Source: Auanema rhodensis (Eukaryota > Animalia > Nematoda). From it: 64,000 bases of DNA. The notes under the pieces were generated by a model. The model was not told the origin of the DNA and ran no database searches. It was given only the letters and a program-made list of their open reading frames with translations. Of this stretch, positions 27,050 through 42,800 are shown one piece after another. The position numbers and the translations under genes are program-made. Positions within the stretch are counted from its first letter, which is position 1. Every line of letters begins with the position of its first letter. The stretch is taken from positions 8,928,001 through 8,992,000 of the forward strand of contig OZ059899.1 of the NCBI GenBank assembly GCA_964057225.1, read 5' to 3'.

Positions 27050-29256
27050 ATGTCGGAGGTATTTGTTGTTGATCGGGCAGTTATGCCTAATACCGGTAAA
27101 GAAAAGAACGAAAAATTGTCCAGAACACCTATTATGGATAGGAAAGAAAGGTTCGTATATAAATCAACGTTTCTTTATCTGTTGCTTTCAGGCCCTTTAT
27201 CGCTTCACCATTTATGCCGATCCCAACCCAAGTATCTTCAGATGTAGATAGACGTTCGTTTATAGGTGGAATATCAAAGTGGGCTATCTATTATAACTAT
27301 TTTGAATCATTATTTTTTCAGAGATGCGAATAAAAATGTGTTGCAGTATGGTAGTACTGCACGACCTGCTGAAGAAGGACTTCTCAGAAGAAAATCGGAA
27401 GATGAAAGTGACACGGAAGAGTAAGTTAATTTCTTTCATGTTTGCTAAGAAGATTTCTTTTCAGCGAAGCTTCGTCGTCTAGTGATGAATCGGAGGTGTC
27501 AATAAAAAAAGTAAGTCATTATTATTTCTTAAAATCTAATTTTCTCTCATATTTCAGCCTTTCTTTTTTGATCTCAGCTCTAAAGAATGGCTTACAATTG
27601 CAATGCTGGCCATTGCGAATTTATCTTCAACAGTGGCTTTCAGTTGTATAGCTCCTTTTTATCCAAGTGAAGTAGTTGTTTTTTCGCAAGAGCGTGTGTT
27701 TTACATTATTTTTAGGCGGCTTTGAAAGGGATGACTGAAACTCAGACAGGAATGGTGTTTGGTGTGTTTGAACTTACAATGTTCTTAACTGCTCCGATAT
27801 TCGGAAAATATGTATGCTTTTATACTAGAACCTCTTAAAACGTTTTTGTTTAGATGATTGCAATTGGGTCGAAAAGAATGTTCATAGTTGGCTTAGCTAT
27901 TACTGGTGTTACAGCTATTTTATTCGGGTAAACTTTAATAAACTATTATGGAATTCATAAATAATTTTGTAGGTTTCTGAATTTTATACCGTCGGGAACC
28001 TTATTCTTCTGGACTTCTTTCATTATTCGTATATTTGAAGCTGTAGGTGATGCAGCTTTCATAACTTCTAGTTTTGCTATATGTGCTAAATGTTTCCCCG
28101 GTAGAATTACTGTAATTGTGGTATGTTTAAAAGATTTTACGTTGATATCACCCACGTATGCAGGGCATAATGGAAACTTTTGCTGGACTTGGCTACTCTG
28201 CGGGACCTCTTATTGGGGGTTTTTTATATGAATTTGGTGGATTTCAAGTGCCTTTCCTATTCTTGGGAATAATGCTACTTGTCATTGCTTTGCTCAGTTT
28301 CTGCCTTTTGGAAAATCAAACTGGTATGCGTAATAATAAAGCTGTATTGAGTAAATTTTGTTTCAGACCAGGAAGCTAACGATGAGAAAGGAATCACAAC
28401 TATGCTCAAAATTCCTGTTATCTGGATTATGCTTTATGCCATCGTTGCTTGCGCTATTTCACTTTCATACTTGGATCCAACATTGGCTGGACACCTTTTA
28501 TCGGTATCTAAATCATGACGAAGATAGAAAAATGTCAATTTTCAGTTTGAACTGTCTCCAACTTGGGTAGGAATTATGTTCCTTCTTTGTGGAGGAGTCT
28601 ATACAATTGCTGCTCCTGTGTGTGGTTGGTTGATCGATCAATGTAGATGTACGATACAGTTAATGCTGCTTGGTTCATTGCTTAACATTTTTGGCATGCT
28701 ACTTATAGGACCTTCTCCTATATTGCCTCTCGAGAAGTAAGTCTTTCATTTTATGTTTCCTATTTATTTGCTATTTTAGAAATATTTATCTCATCGGGTT
28801 CAGTTTATCTGTGTTAGGTGTAGCTGCTGGGGCACAGTATATTCCAACTTTCCAAGCTTGCTTGGACGCTGCCAAGTAATCCAATTTTCCTCCAATTGCT
28901 TGTGAATTGTTTCTTATTTTCAGAGACAATGGATACGAAGATAACTTCCATACATATGGTTTAGTGTCTGGACTTTTTCAGTCTGCTTTTGCTTTTGGGT
29001 TTGAAATATGCAGATTATAATTACAAAATACGAATATATTTATAGATCGTTTTTCGGTCCTACCGTTGGAGGCTTTGCTGTAGAACGAATTGGATTTCCA
29101 TGGACATGCTCCATAATAGCGTTTATACATGTCATGTTTGTGAGTGAACAATATCGAAATATTTTTTTCATCTTCTGATTTATTTAGATATGCACGGTTT
29201 TGTTTTTCTACGGTTACCGCTCTTGCTTAAGAAAGAAATCTGATATCAGGTCGTGA
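27050..29256 (+). CDS. MFS transporter, SLC18B1-like
   Basis: Multi-TM MFS pattern: FSCIAPFYPSEA, GMVFGVF, IRIFEAVGDAAF, GIMETFAGLGYSAGPLIGGFLYEFGGF, SYLDPTL, TYGLVSGLFQSAFAFG. Acidic N-terminal tail; one 5' junction is ambiguous. Confidence 0.88.
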
Positions 29257-30009
29257 TCTAACTTTCATATCCTTTGCTTGTATAAATCAGTTATTATTCT
29301 ATGGACTAGTTGTAAGGTCTGTGACTACCTTTGTTTTAGTACTACGGAAAGAACAAACTGACTATTTGAAATATTGTATTAAAGTTTTAGAATAATTAGA
29401 ACAAGATGTTCTTCTTTAAAATCATCACTATTTTGTAGAGCTTTAATAACATGTTTACGTTTTACATTTCTATTAGTTGTTTCAATATAATGAGATTAAT
29501 AAATATTGATAATGTTTTAAAAATTATTTAGTAAATAAGAACTTGGTAGAGCTATACCGTATATAAGATATACCAAAAATGAAAGAAACATCGCATTTCT
29601 TTGATTTTCTATTTTCAGCCAAAAACAAGGTAGCGGAACTACCTGCTTGTAAAGTTCTATGCAAGTGTATCATCAAAAAAAAAAGATTTATTATAACGTT
29701 TTTTTAGTGCTACATATCTTCTATCAAAACTTTTATCAGTTTACCGGAATTATTCAGCCTCTCAAACACATTATCTATATATCTTTACAGCTGAAAAGTT
29801 TTAGAAACTCGATGAAAATCATATTTCTGTAGACATATGAAAAATAAAAAATGTTCTCAATTTTAAATATTAATTTATAAAGTTTAATACTATTTTTACA
29901 TTTTCTTTTTTTACTTACAACCGCCATAAGCTATAAAAAAATTAATTATTTTCAAAGATTGGCAGTGGTTTGTCATTTTAATTTTTCACTAAATTGAAAC
30001 TGGTCGGTC

Positions 30010-32266
<2,257 letters not shown>

Positions 32267-32470
32267 AATAAATTACTCAACGAAGAACAATTTAAGAACT
32301 AAGCCAGACCTTTAGGATCTTTAACTTTGACGCTCAAGTTTTTTTTAAACTATGAATTTTCAGTTTTTGTTGAATGTTATATTTATTCAGGAAACTAACT
32401 ATTAAACAGTGTGTGTTATCACGAATTAAATATTACATTTGTTAACATTTAGTTATATTGCTACCTCTTC

Positions 32471-32474
<4 letters not shown>

Positions 32475-32550
<76 letters not shown>

Positions 32551-32628
32551 ATCTATCTCTATGGGTCTCTATCTTTATATCTAACTACCTATCTTTCTCT
32601 CTCTCTGTCTCTCTCTCTCTCTCTCTCT
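32475..32628. repeat. Compound (CT)n microsatellite
   Basis: Seen directly; long pure run followed by degenerate CT/CTAT. Confidence 0.95.
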
Positions 32629-33329
32629 TCGCTCTTTTCTCTAACTGAACTAATATTACTTTGCTGTTCGTTTTCAATACTTTATCACGACAATCTGCGG
32701 TCTATCTGTTTTTTTAGATGCAGAGTGCTTTTTGACATGTTCACATTGTCTAGTGTTCTCTTTATTTCGCACTTCTTTCAATCACAATTTTTATAAACAG
32801 AACTTTTAAAAATTAGGGTACCAATTCAAATTATTTAATTTTATTTATTTAAAGATTGGCTATAATCAATAAACCTAGAAAATAGTAAGTAATATGTAGT
32901 TTATTAGCTAATTTTTTTTCAATAATAGCTGGTATGTCATTTTGTTTTGATAAAATTTTAAATAAGGTCGATGAAAAGATGAAAATTATAAATATTCATA
33001 ATCAAAGATGCTTATCTTTTTCATTATATAGAAAGAAGTTTTACTTCAATATTTGTAGCGATAAACTATCTTAGATAATATAAATGGGTGACTCTATCTT
33101 ACTTATTGTTTTGATTGAATGTTCTAATCGATTTGTTTGCGATTTATGTTATGGGTATATATCACGAATAATTATCGAATCGAATAGTTTACCAATTAAA
33201 AACCTCTTCATTTAAAATATTATTTATTACAATCTGTAATTTATTTCTTATATATCGTTGTATGTTTTGAGTCTTCGTATAAATCTTTATTTATTTTATT
33301 ATTTCTTACTTTAATATTTCAGCTGAAAG

Positions 33330-35037
33330 ATGCCACAAAAGATACGTATGTCTAATGGTAATGATATTCCTTTCATTGGATTAGGAACTGGTGGAAAAGT
33401 AATATTTAAACTGGTATCAATGAATTGAACTTAGTTTTAGTTTTCTACAACAGAAGAAGATAAGGCAATGCTGAGAGCTGCTTTGGATATTGGCTATCGT
33501 CACATCGACACAGCACAAATGTAAATATTTCTCATAGATTAGAATCATTAACAACTTGCCAAACAGGTATTCGAATGAAGAAATCATAGGAGAGCTGCTT
33601 AAAAAAGAATATTTCGATGCCAATAAGCTGAAAAGACAAGATTTATTCATAACAACTAAAGTATTGCGTTGATAACTGCTAGATCAATTTCTTTTATTTT
33701 TAACTTACAGTTACCTCCAACAGCTAATAGACCAGAACTTGTTGAAAAAAGTTTAAGAAGTCAATTGCGTGCTCTGCAACTCGATTATGTTGATTTGTTT
33801 TTAATCCATTCTCCGTGTTCATATATAGTGTGTTATTGTTTTTCTATTTTTACCTAAATTTATGCAATGTTCTAGCCCTTAAATGGGAAAACGGAGATGG
33901 ATATGAACGGTGATGTTAATTATGAGATGGACACCACTGTTAATTTAATTGATACTTGGACAGCAATGGAACAGGTGAGTTTTTGGATAAACTCTTAAGC
34001 TCCTGATTTATTGATAGGTATATAAAGCTGGTTTAACTAAAGCCATAGGGCTATCAAATTTTACTGTGGAACAAATCCAGCGTGTTTACAGTTCCGCAAG
34101 TATTAAGCCACATAATCTTCAAGTTTGACAGTACTGGAAAACTTCATTATCTCAGTAATTTAGATTGAAATTCATCTCCATTGGCAACAAAAGGAATTAA
34201 TCACCTTGTGTCAGTGTTTAAATATAACTGTTACCGCATATGCTCCTATTGGATGCCCTGGTGGGGTATATTTTCATTATATTATTTTCATTATATTATT
34301 TTTGTTATATTATTTTTTGCATGTGAATGATTTATTATTACATTAATTATTCAGGTAAAAAAGGAATGCAAGGGTGGCCCGTAGAAGGACCACTTGATGA
34401 ACCGCTTCTTAAACAATTGGCAGGTGAACTTTTTGTAATCTTTATGATCTATTTTATACTAACTTAATGATTTTTTCTTTCAGATAAATATTCTCGAACA
34501 CCTGCTCAGATTGCATTACGTCACTTGACTCAGAGAAATATTATTGTTGTACCTAAGAGTACAAAGAAAGAACGTCTTCTGGAAAACTTTGAAGTTAATA
34601 TTGGACTTTTTTGTCATATATTATATTTGATTTAAACGTTTAGTGCAATATTATTACAGAGTTCAAATTTTTTCCTCTCTGATGAAGATTTGGCTTTGCT
34701 CAACGAAATACCTTCTCGTAAACGTTTATATACCTGGGCCAAAAATCGGTAAGTAATATTTCTATCTCGAATGTTGTTGTTCTATCTTTTCAAAATAAAA
34801 AGAACTCTACAAAAACTATAGTTTTGGCTTTTTCGCTCTTTACGGTTTTTATTTTTCTCCGATGTTCACTTTCTTTTTTGTAGTTTCTTATAAATGCTTA
34901 ACGTCGAGGTAAAAAATACATACATCTAAAATAACGGAAGAGAATTTATTTGTTTACTTAAGAAACTACGTTTATATGGTTAATTTAGGGCTATCTTGGA
35001 CCACCCCGAATATCCTTTCCAGGATTCTCGTCTTTAG
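33330..35037 (+). CDS. Aldo-keto reductase (AKR1-like), C-terminal SRL
   Basis: IPFIGLGT, GYRHIDTAQMY, LFITTKL, LDYVDLFLIHSP, KAIGLSNF, VTAYAPIG, VVPKS, HPEYPF. Catalytic D/Y/K/H are present. TTTCAG lies 7 nt before the ATG. Confidence 0.95.
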
Positions 35038-36975
35038 AAGAAAAACCAAAAGTAAATAACTTTAATTTGATAATAAAATATTAATGAAAAGAAAAGATTA
35101 GCAATAAATATTTTAAAATGTAAATTGGCAACACATCGAATATCGTCAGAATAAATAGTGTTTTTTGTTATATTTAATAGCACATATAAAAGAATTTTTT
35201 CTCTGTTCATATTCGCGACATAAAAGTTATTTGAGGTCATCACAGCCCAAGCATACAATAATTAGAGAAACAAACTAGAGTTAGATTGTCTAGCATATTG
35301 CTCTCCGATTGCAAGCTCAACATCACGACGGTAAGGTGTTATAAGCAGGCAAATGAAGGTGTTTGAACTACTTCCGTACACTCCAAAGAAGGCACAAGTG
35401 TGTTTTATGAAAGAAAGGAGAAACGAGAGAGAGAGAGAGTGATAGAGATGTAAAAAGAGAAATTCTTCAAGTTATTGCTCAAGTGCCTACTGCTATGACT
35501 TGTCAAGTTGAACATATCACATATAAGGAACGATGTGAGGTTAAAGAGAATAATAATATGAGAGGAAAAGGTGAAATAAAAGAATTCTTGTCCAAGCTTA
35601 GCCGGGTCGGTTTCTAAGTTTGTCTTCAATTCAATTACTAAATAATTTGTTTTAGTCAGATTTATGAAAACTTGGAATAAGGTTTTCATGATATTTGTAT
35701 ATGATGAAATACATTGTAAGTACAATATGAAGAAGAAGAAAAGGAAACACATTACTATATTTTATTATTTTTTTTAGTGAAAGCTCTCATAATTTAACTC
35801 CAAATATGCATATATCTATTTCTTATTCAGTTTTTCGTTTCACAGTTTTGAATTTAATTGATGATTTGCTACATTACATGATTCGCATAAGTATTTATTA
35901 AGTCCTTGGATGGTCACAATATTTTCATTCAATACAATGTAATTCATCTTTTCAAAGACTCGCAAACGTGTGAAGCAGAAACATAAAAAACTTCTGTAAC
36001 AAACTTCGAATTTATTCATTCTTCCTGAACATTGCAAAATTAGGTAAAAGAGCTGACCAAGTGTCGATGTCGCATTAACGTGACTAGTCCTTTGTCCAAT
36101 GTTTCTGTTTATTTAGCATTTTCTGCAGTTCTTCGGCCAACATAGATCCTCCTATGTATGTTCTCTCTCACATCTATAACTGAGCTAGCATAGTCCTCCG
36201 TTTAACCGTCTGTGTCTTGGTTGTGTCCTTGTTTTGTTAATTTCGTTCATCACTAAGTAAGAAAGTACTTGAGTGGCTCCTATCACGATTATCACGAAAG
36301 AATCTATTGTTCTCAATTCATATCATCATCTATCTCTTTTTCTTCGTAAAATTTTAGTCAAGTCTTTTCTTTGAACTCATATTTATGACGAGAATCTGGA
36401 CAGTGTTTCCGATAAAAATAAATATTTTTAATTAGTCTCATCTTCATTTCAGATGCTTCAGGTGAAGCATTCTTGAAAAATTAAGTTTCAATTATTTTAT
36501 CCAGCTCTTTTCCTTACTGCTACGATGTGCCTTATAAACATTTTTATTATATTTCGTTTTTCCTTATATATATATATATATATATATATATCTAAAGAAT
36601 ATCGAGTCTATTCGACAATAGATCGAATTTATTTCCAATGAACTGTTCATTATTCTCTCTCGATATGATGAGATTTTTTGAATAGAAAACACAAAAAAAA
36701 GCAATGAAATCTCGGAGATGTCAACACGTCAATTGGAGTAGTTGAGCTGCTCGAGCGAATTGAATGTCACATCAGAAAATGAAGATCAACATATGATGAA
36801 GCCTTATTTGAAGAGTTGGGTGCGTGTCCGTGCGTGAACTTCTCCAGCTTTTTTATTTCATTACCTTTTCATTCATCGTAATTCTATTTGATTGCCTTTC
36901 CTATCTATATCATTTTCAGCAGAAATAAGAGTAGTTTAAAATTCAGTTCGACTTGGCTGAGACGAGCGATCGACT

Positions 36976-39099
36976 ATGCGAAGTATTCTATCATTCTTAC
37001 TTCTTGTGCAGGTAATTATTATTATTCAGCACGTTTTATATAGTATTTCTGTTTTTTTTTAATTTTAGGTGGTATACTCAGTTGTACTGAGAGTGAACGA
37101 AAATGGATTAGGCGAAGCTGCAAATTTTACAAGGCAATGGCTAGCCATGGCCGGGCCGCACATGAGAATTCCAGAAATTAGGGTAAGTTGCAATAGATCT
37201 AGCGATTTTAACAATTTTTTTAATTTTAGCAAGAATACGACACAGCTTTTACCACAGGGGAATTACGTGTATGGAATATATCAATTAATAAATTTGTGCC
37301 ACCGCATTTAAGATTCCGACCGTCCGATCATACTTTTTTATATATGAGCACACTTAGTGGATACGCTCAGGTATTATATGATATATATATATATGCATAC
37401 AGTAACAGCTTATCTAATTTATAGGTATCTGCTGAATGGACGTTACAATCAAGCTTTCTCAACATGCTAGATATTCCATTATCTGGAAAAATTCAAGCTC
37501 AGATGACAGGATTAATCTCGGAAATTGCAATGCAGGTATGATTTGTACATTGCATGTTCAATACTTTACAATTAATTTCTTTCAGATAACATCTGAGCAC
37601 GAAGTTGAAGTTCGTCATTGTAACTCACAAATTCGTGATCTCCGATTAACAATCGAAGGTGGACTTGCTGCTGAATTGTTGCATTTTTTCCGCACAAGTG
37701 TAACCAGAGCCATCCGGAGGCGTTTAGAAGAGGTTCGTTATTTCTTTTGCTATTTTAATGTTTTTTATAAATCCATTTGCTTTTAATATACTTGTATTTT
37801 ATGATGTTTATTTCCAGGAATACTGTAGAATCATGGAAACATATTGGCTTCCTTGGGTTGAGGGTCAACTAAGTAACTTCCCTACCAACTTGACAATCAG
37901 TCAAAATCCTCAAGTTAGAATTGTATTACAATATTTATAGTTATTTCTTAAAAATAGGTTATATTGGTTCAATCTTTGCATTCAATTGACATGACGCAAC
38001 AAAACATTGATTTCCGAATGAGAAGCGATCTTTTATGGAACGATCAGTTTGTGGAAAGTGCTCCGTTAGGAAATATTACAAATACAAGCATAGGTTCATT
38101 AAGATTCTTCACAATTATTTATTTCGTTCTATAGACAAATTCGAAAAATCTTCTCGGATGGTAGATATATTTGTTGATGAAACCACTGTTCAAAGCATAC
38201 TAGCTGCAGCTCACTTTGCAGGACATTTAAAGTAAGAATCACCAGACTTTTTTTTGCAATTTTTGTAAACATTTCATTTTTGATTATAAAACAATTATGA
38301 TTTGTTCTTTCACCTTTCTTCATTTTCTATTATCTTGTTTAAAACGTTGTCAATTACTCATTTTAGAACAGTTCTGGATACTCCATTCCTAAGAACAGAT
38401 TGTGAAGTTCTATGCGTTGGAACAGTTCTACCCGAACTAGCTGAAGTTCTACCTAATAGAACAATGAAAGTGCAGGTTTGATACTCTTTTAATAAGCGAA
38501 AAATTACATTTTTACAGGCCTCAACACTCTCTCCTCCCATCATAATGCTTCAAGATGGTAAATCTGTAGTTTTCTTGAATGCATCTCTCGAAGTAACAAT
38601 ATGATCAAAGCTTGTGTAGCACTTTAAATTTAGGTTTTCCCAGATCCTGAAATTGACACCGTAAATGGTAGTATTCTCACTATTAACATGGAAACAGAAT
38701 TTGCTTTAAAAATGGAAATGAGAAACAAGAAGGTTGTTAGTTATAGCTGTAGCTCTGAACTTCTCGAATTTTAGGTCAAAGGTTTTATTAATATGGTAAA
38801 TGCAAATGCTGTGTTAATTGATAGTAAGATAGGTTTAATGTCACAGAAAGTAAGTTGAAATTTCACTTCTTTATGTAACAATATTATTATGATTTTTTAA
38901 GACGATCAATTTCCTTGTAAACATGTCTACACCCTTCTTGGAAGATGCAGTAGATTTATTAATTGGACGTGGAGTTTTTGTTGGTGATCCTTTTCAATTT
39001 CCTTCAACTAATGAGCAACTAAGTTTCAAAGAAGGCTATATTAGATGGGAAGCTGATTTAGCTATACCAAACATAATGCGCCACACATGGGTTGTGTAG
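36976..39099 (+). CDS. BPI/LBP/CETP-family lipid-binding protein
   Basis: Signal peptide, then VLRVNENGL (BPI N-terminal strand), RMVDIFVDETTVQSILAAAHF and FLRTDCEVLCVGTVLPEL typical of nematode BPI2 domains. 12 exons in frame. Confidence 0.85.
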
Positions 39100-39871
39100 A
39101 GCAAACGAAAAAACTTTAAGAGTTCTTACTGTTTTTTTCATGTTTATTTTGCAAGGATTTTGGTACTGTTTGACCATATCAACCTCAAACATTTGAAAGT
39201 ATTATATTAGTATATAATTTCCAATTACTCATTCTTATCTTCATAAAATTAAAAACTTTCTACCAATTGGCTATCAGTTTTTTCTTGAGTAATGTTTGTA
39301 CAGCTGGAGTTATAGGTTCTAAACTTTGAACAGAATGTCGAAGTATTTTGATTTTTATTTTTTGACCCATGACGCATTGTTCGGAATGCTTAATTAATTT
39401 TATTATATAATTGTTTGAAACATTGAGTATAAGTGTTACCTTGTAGCATCTGTGATGTCTCTCTTTAATTTTAAATATATATCCTTTGTTGTTCTTTAAA
39501 ATTATATGAATAAACATTATGTTATATAAACTTATACATACAATATAAATAAAATAGAAAAATATTTTAAATGAAATAATACACACCTTCATCATCAATT
39601 GATAAAGTTTGCATACAGGAAAAGAATCTACTTATTTATGGTTTTTCATTCATAGCAAAATAAATTAAGATGAGTTGAAAGCTTGTTTTTCAAAAAAAAA
39701 CACATATGCTGGTCAAGCAAGCAATATACAAAGAAAATTACGCATGCATGGGTGGTGTAAAGTATTTATTCATTACGTACTGTTTTTGAAAGATATTTTC
39801 CATCACACGCTATTTTATTATATGATTTGACTGTCAAAATTAAGTAAGAGAACTATATTTAATTTAATTTA

Positions 39872-42800
39872 ATGAGTGGTTTACCTTCAAAGCTGAAGGC
39901 GAAAGCCAAGGCTATATCAACAGGAAATATTCTTCGCCCTGAAGAGGTCACTAAGCCTAAGCAACCAATAAATGCTCCAAAGCGTACCTTGGTATTTTTG
40001 AAATCACATAAATCATACTTAAACGTTGTTGTAGGCATTGTCAACATCTAGTTCTACTTCATCATTAGCTAAAAAACCTAGATTAGATTTTTCTGCGACA
40101 CCATTACCATCTAAACTTGGCCTAAGTTCTACGAGCGCGTCGAATCTTTCTGGTAATCATACTCAGATATATGAAAACAATTTACTTAAAGGCGCACCTG
40201 TTAAACCTCCTTTGGACACATCGTGGCGCGAATTCTGTCAGAATACTACTGTCGACATAGCAACTTTCCAGGATGCGTTAACTCAAGCATTGCAACAGGA
40301 AAAAGTGAACAAAGTAATTCAGTTTCGTATAATTTACTGATTAATTTTAACAATATATCAAGGCTTCACGATTGATCACGAGTGCACTTCGATTATTCAT
40401 GGAAAAAAAAGCTGATGTTGGAAGATTTTCTATGGAATATCATTTCGTAACAATAATAGCATCAATCATTAAGGAACACGGGAAAAAAATTACGGTTTTT
40501 GAATCTCATTGTTATTCATAACACGTTGATTTTTTTTCAGAATTTGAATTTGCAAAAATGTTTCTCTTCTATAATATGTATAATGAAACCGTTCAGTCAA
40601 GAAAGACAAGAAATAATCAGCTCGTTATTCATTTGTCTTCTTGATCAACAAACTTGTTTTGATCCTTATCTGCTAACTGTGTTTCTTCATGATGCTTTAG
40701 GCGAAAGGCATTGGGTGGACAAAGTAAGTTATATTTATTGCTGTAATAATTAATTCAGTACCTATTAAGAATTTTTGTACAAAATTAGTTTGCTGGTTTT
40801 TGAAACCATTCAATACTAATTTTCCACCTAAAGAGATGTATGTTGCTTGCAATGCTGAGCTATCTATTCCGGAAAGTGTCCCAGATTTGGTGAGATCAAC
40901 TGTTTCATAACATTATAAAATATCTTATTATTAGAACACACAAAATAAGTTCGAAAATGAAAATGTTACTAACGATCAAATACAGGAACATGTACTAGAA
41001 ATATTGAGAAAATGGTTAGTTTTTATTATTTATGCATTTCTCTTTTTACTGAACTTGTTGCAAGGTGGGAAAAGGGTAATGAATCGCCGGGAAGGAATTT
41101 ATTGAGGACTATGTCTTCGCTTTGTGGAATAGCTGAGGTCAGATTAGCAGCTGCAAAACGGCTTGATAACTGGGTTCTAAATGGCAAGGTTCAAAATTTG
41201 GATCAAATAATGATTATAATTATTTTTCAATTTAGTTGCAACGACATGCGCTGGAATTGCTTTTATTCGTGGGTCACAACTTCGGTAATGCGGAAACATC
41301 CCCCATTGATAACGAATCTCTCAGTTGGCTGTTGAAAATGCGAAGTTTAAAAAGCAAACAAGTAATAAAGTTGATTTTTTTGGTTCTTAAATTCTTATTT
41401 AGGTTTTGTCAGTGTTTCATGTCGCATTGAAAGATCTCATACATAATGATATTGCTAACTTAAGAGCTGCTATTCGTCTTATCATTGCTAATGAGTTTGG
41501 CCCTTCGCAATTAAGGTATCAACGAAGCTTCGGAATAATATTAAAATTTTATTAAATAGAGCTCCCTCAAATATGGGAATTTTGAATACGTTCTTCAGTT
41601 ACGATAACAAAACAACAACCCTGGTTAGGTAACTTTCTTTAACATATATTAAATTCCTATTTTAGATTTTTGCTGAGGAACTTTGTTCTGCTGTTTTTGC
41701 TAGAGAAGAGTTAGTCAAGCCAGCACGGTTATTTACTAGAGAAATATTACGAGCTTTTCTGAGGACCGTACGTTTATAAGAAAAACTAGTTCCTATGATA
41801 TAATAATATTTTAGGATTTTAATTTTCCTTACTTCACAGAGTGCTATTTAAATTATATTCTCAAGGAGTCTTTGAATGGCCAACGTCCATTACAAGTTTG
41901 TCATTTGTCAAATTTTTTAAACAGTTTGGTATTGTAGGATTATATACTAACAAGTGCTCCAGAAGTGATTACTATGGCTCCACTTGTTTCGCTATCGCCT
42001 TCTTTAAAAGAAGCGTTTAGTGTTCGGCGGTAAGATATATATTTATTGTATGTGTTTCAAGTATAACTTTAGTACTGGCTGTCTTACATCTGACCAAACC
42101 AACATGATTTTAAAGTATGAAAAAGATCTGCTGGAATATTTCGAAGTTACACTAAAGTCTGTTTAATCAGAAAAGTATGTATGCGTAATTGAGCACTTTA
42201 GGTGGCTAAATAATGCTCGGCAATTGTTTACTGATTATCGGGACTATTTTTCAGCAATTCTTAGAGTTTTATTTATAGAAAAGGTATTATATCCATGCAT
42301 TATACTATTTTTTTGTTATTTTATCAGATGGAATACTATACAACGATGGATCAAGGACCTACTGATTTCGAGTTTTCTCAAAATTTGAAAGTCATATCTG
42401 AATGCGCGCTTACAGATAGTGTTGTTTGGCTGGTGAGAATTGAAGGAATTTTTCTTAATATTTTCTGAGTTTCAGGTAGTACGAGAGGAAAGTACTTTGC
42501 TTCAACCTAATGATACCGTAGATGTTATATACGAGCTGACGAAAAGGGCTATGCAAGCTCGAACAACCTTTGGTAATATTAGATTCAAATATGTTTAATT
42601 TTTGCTTTATTCAGATAGTCAGCGACCAGTTTTATTGTTTTCGTCAACTGTTCCACCATTGAAGCTGATTGGACGTATTCTCGATGTTTGCTTATACAAA
42701 CCTAATGTTCCCTACAAAGGGTTTGACTGAATTGGATTATGTTGAAATATGTGTTTGATTCAGAGACTATTTTCCGATGTATCTAGTAGATATTTACTGG

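Noticed and set aside
32439-32796. ORFs with SLSLSL runs
   Set aside because: Translations of the (CT)n microsatellite.
39951-39962. CTAAGCCTAAGC, matching nematode telomere repeat / telomerase template
   Set aside because: Only two units and inside ints-1 coding exon 1 (TKPK); chance.
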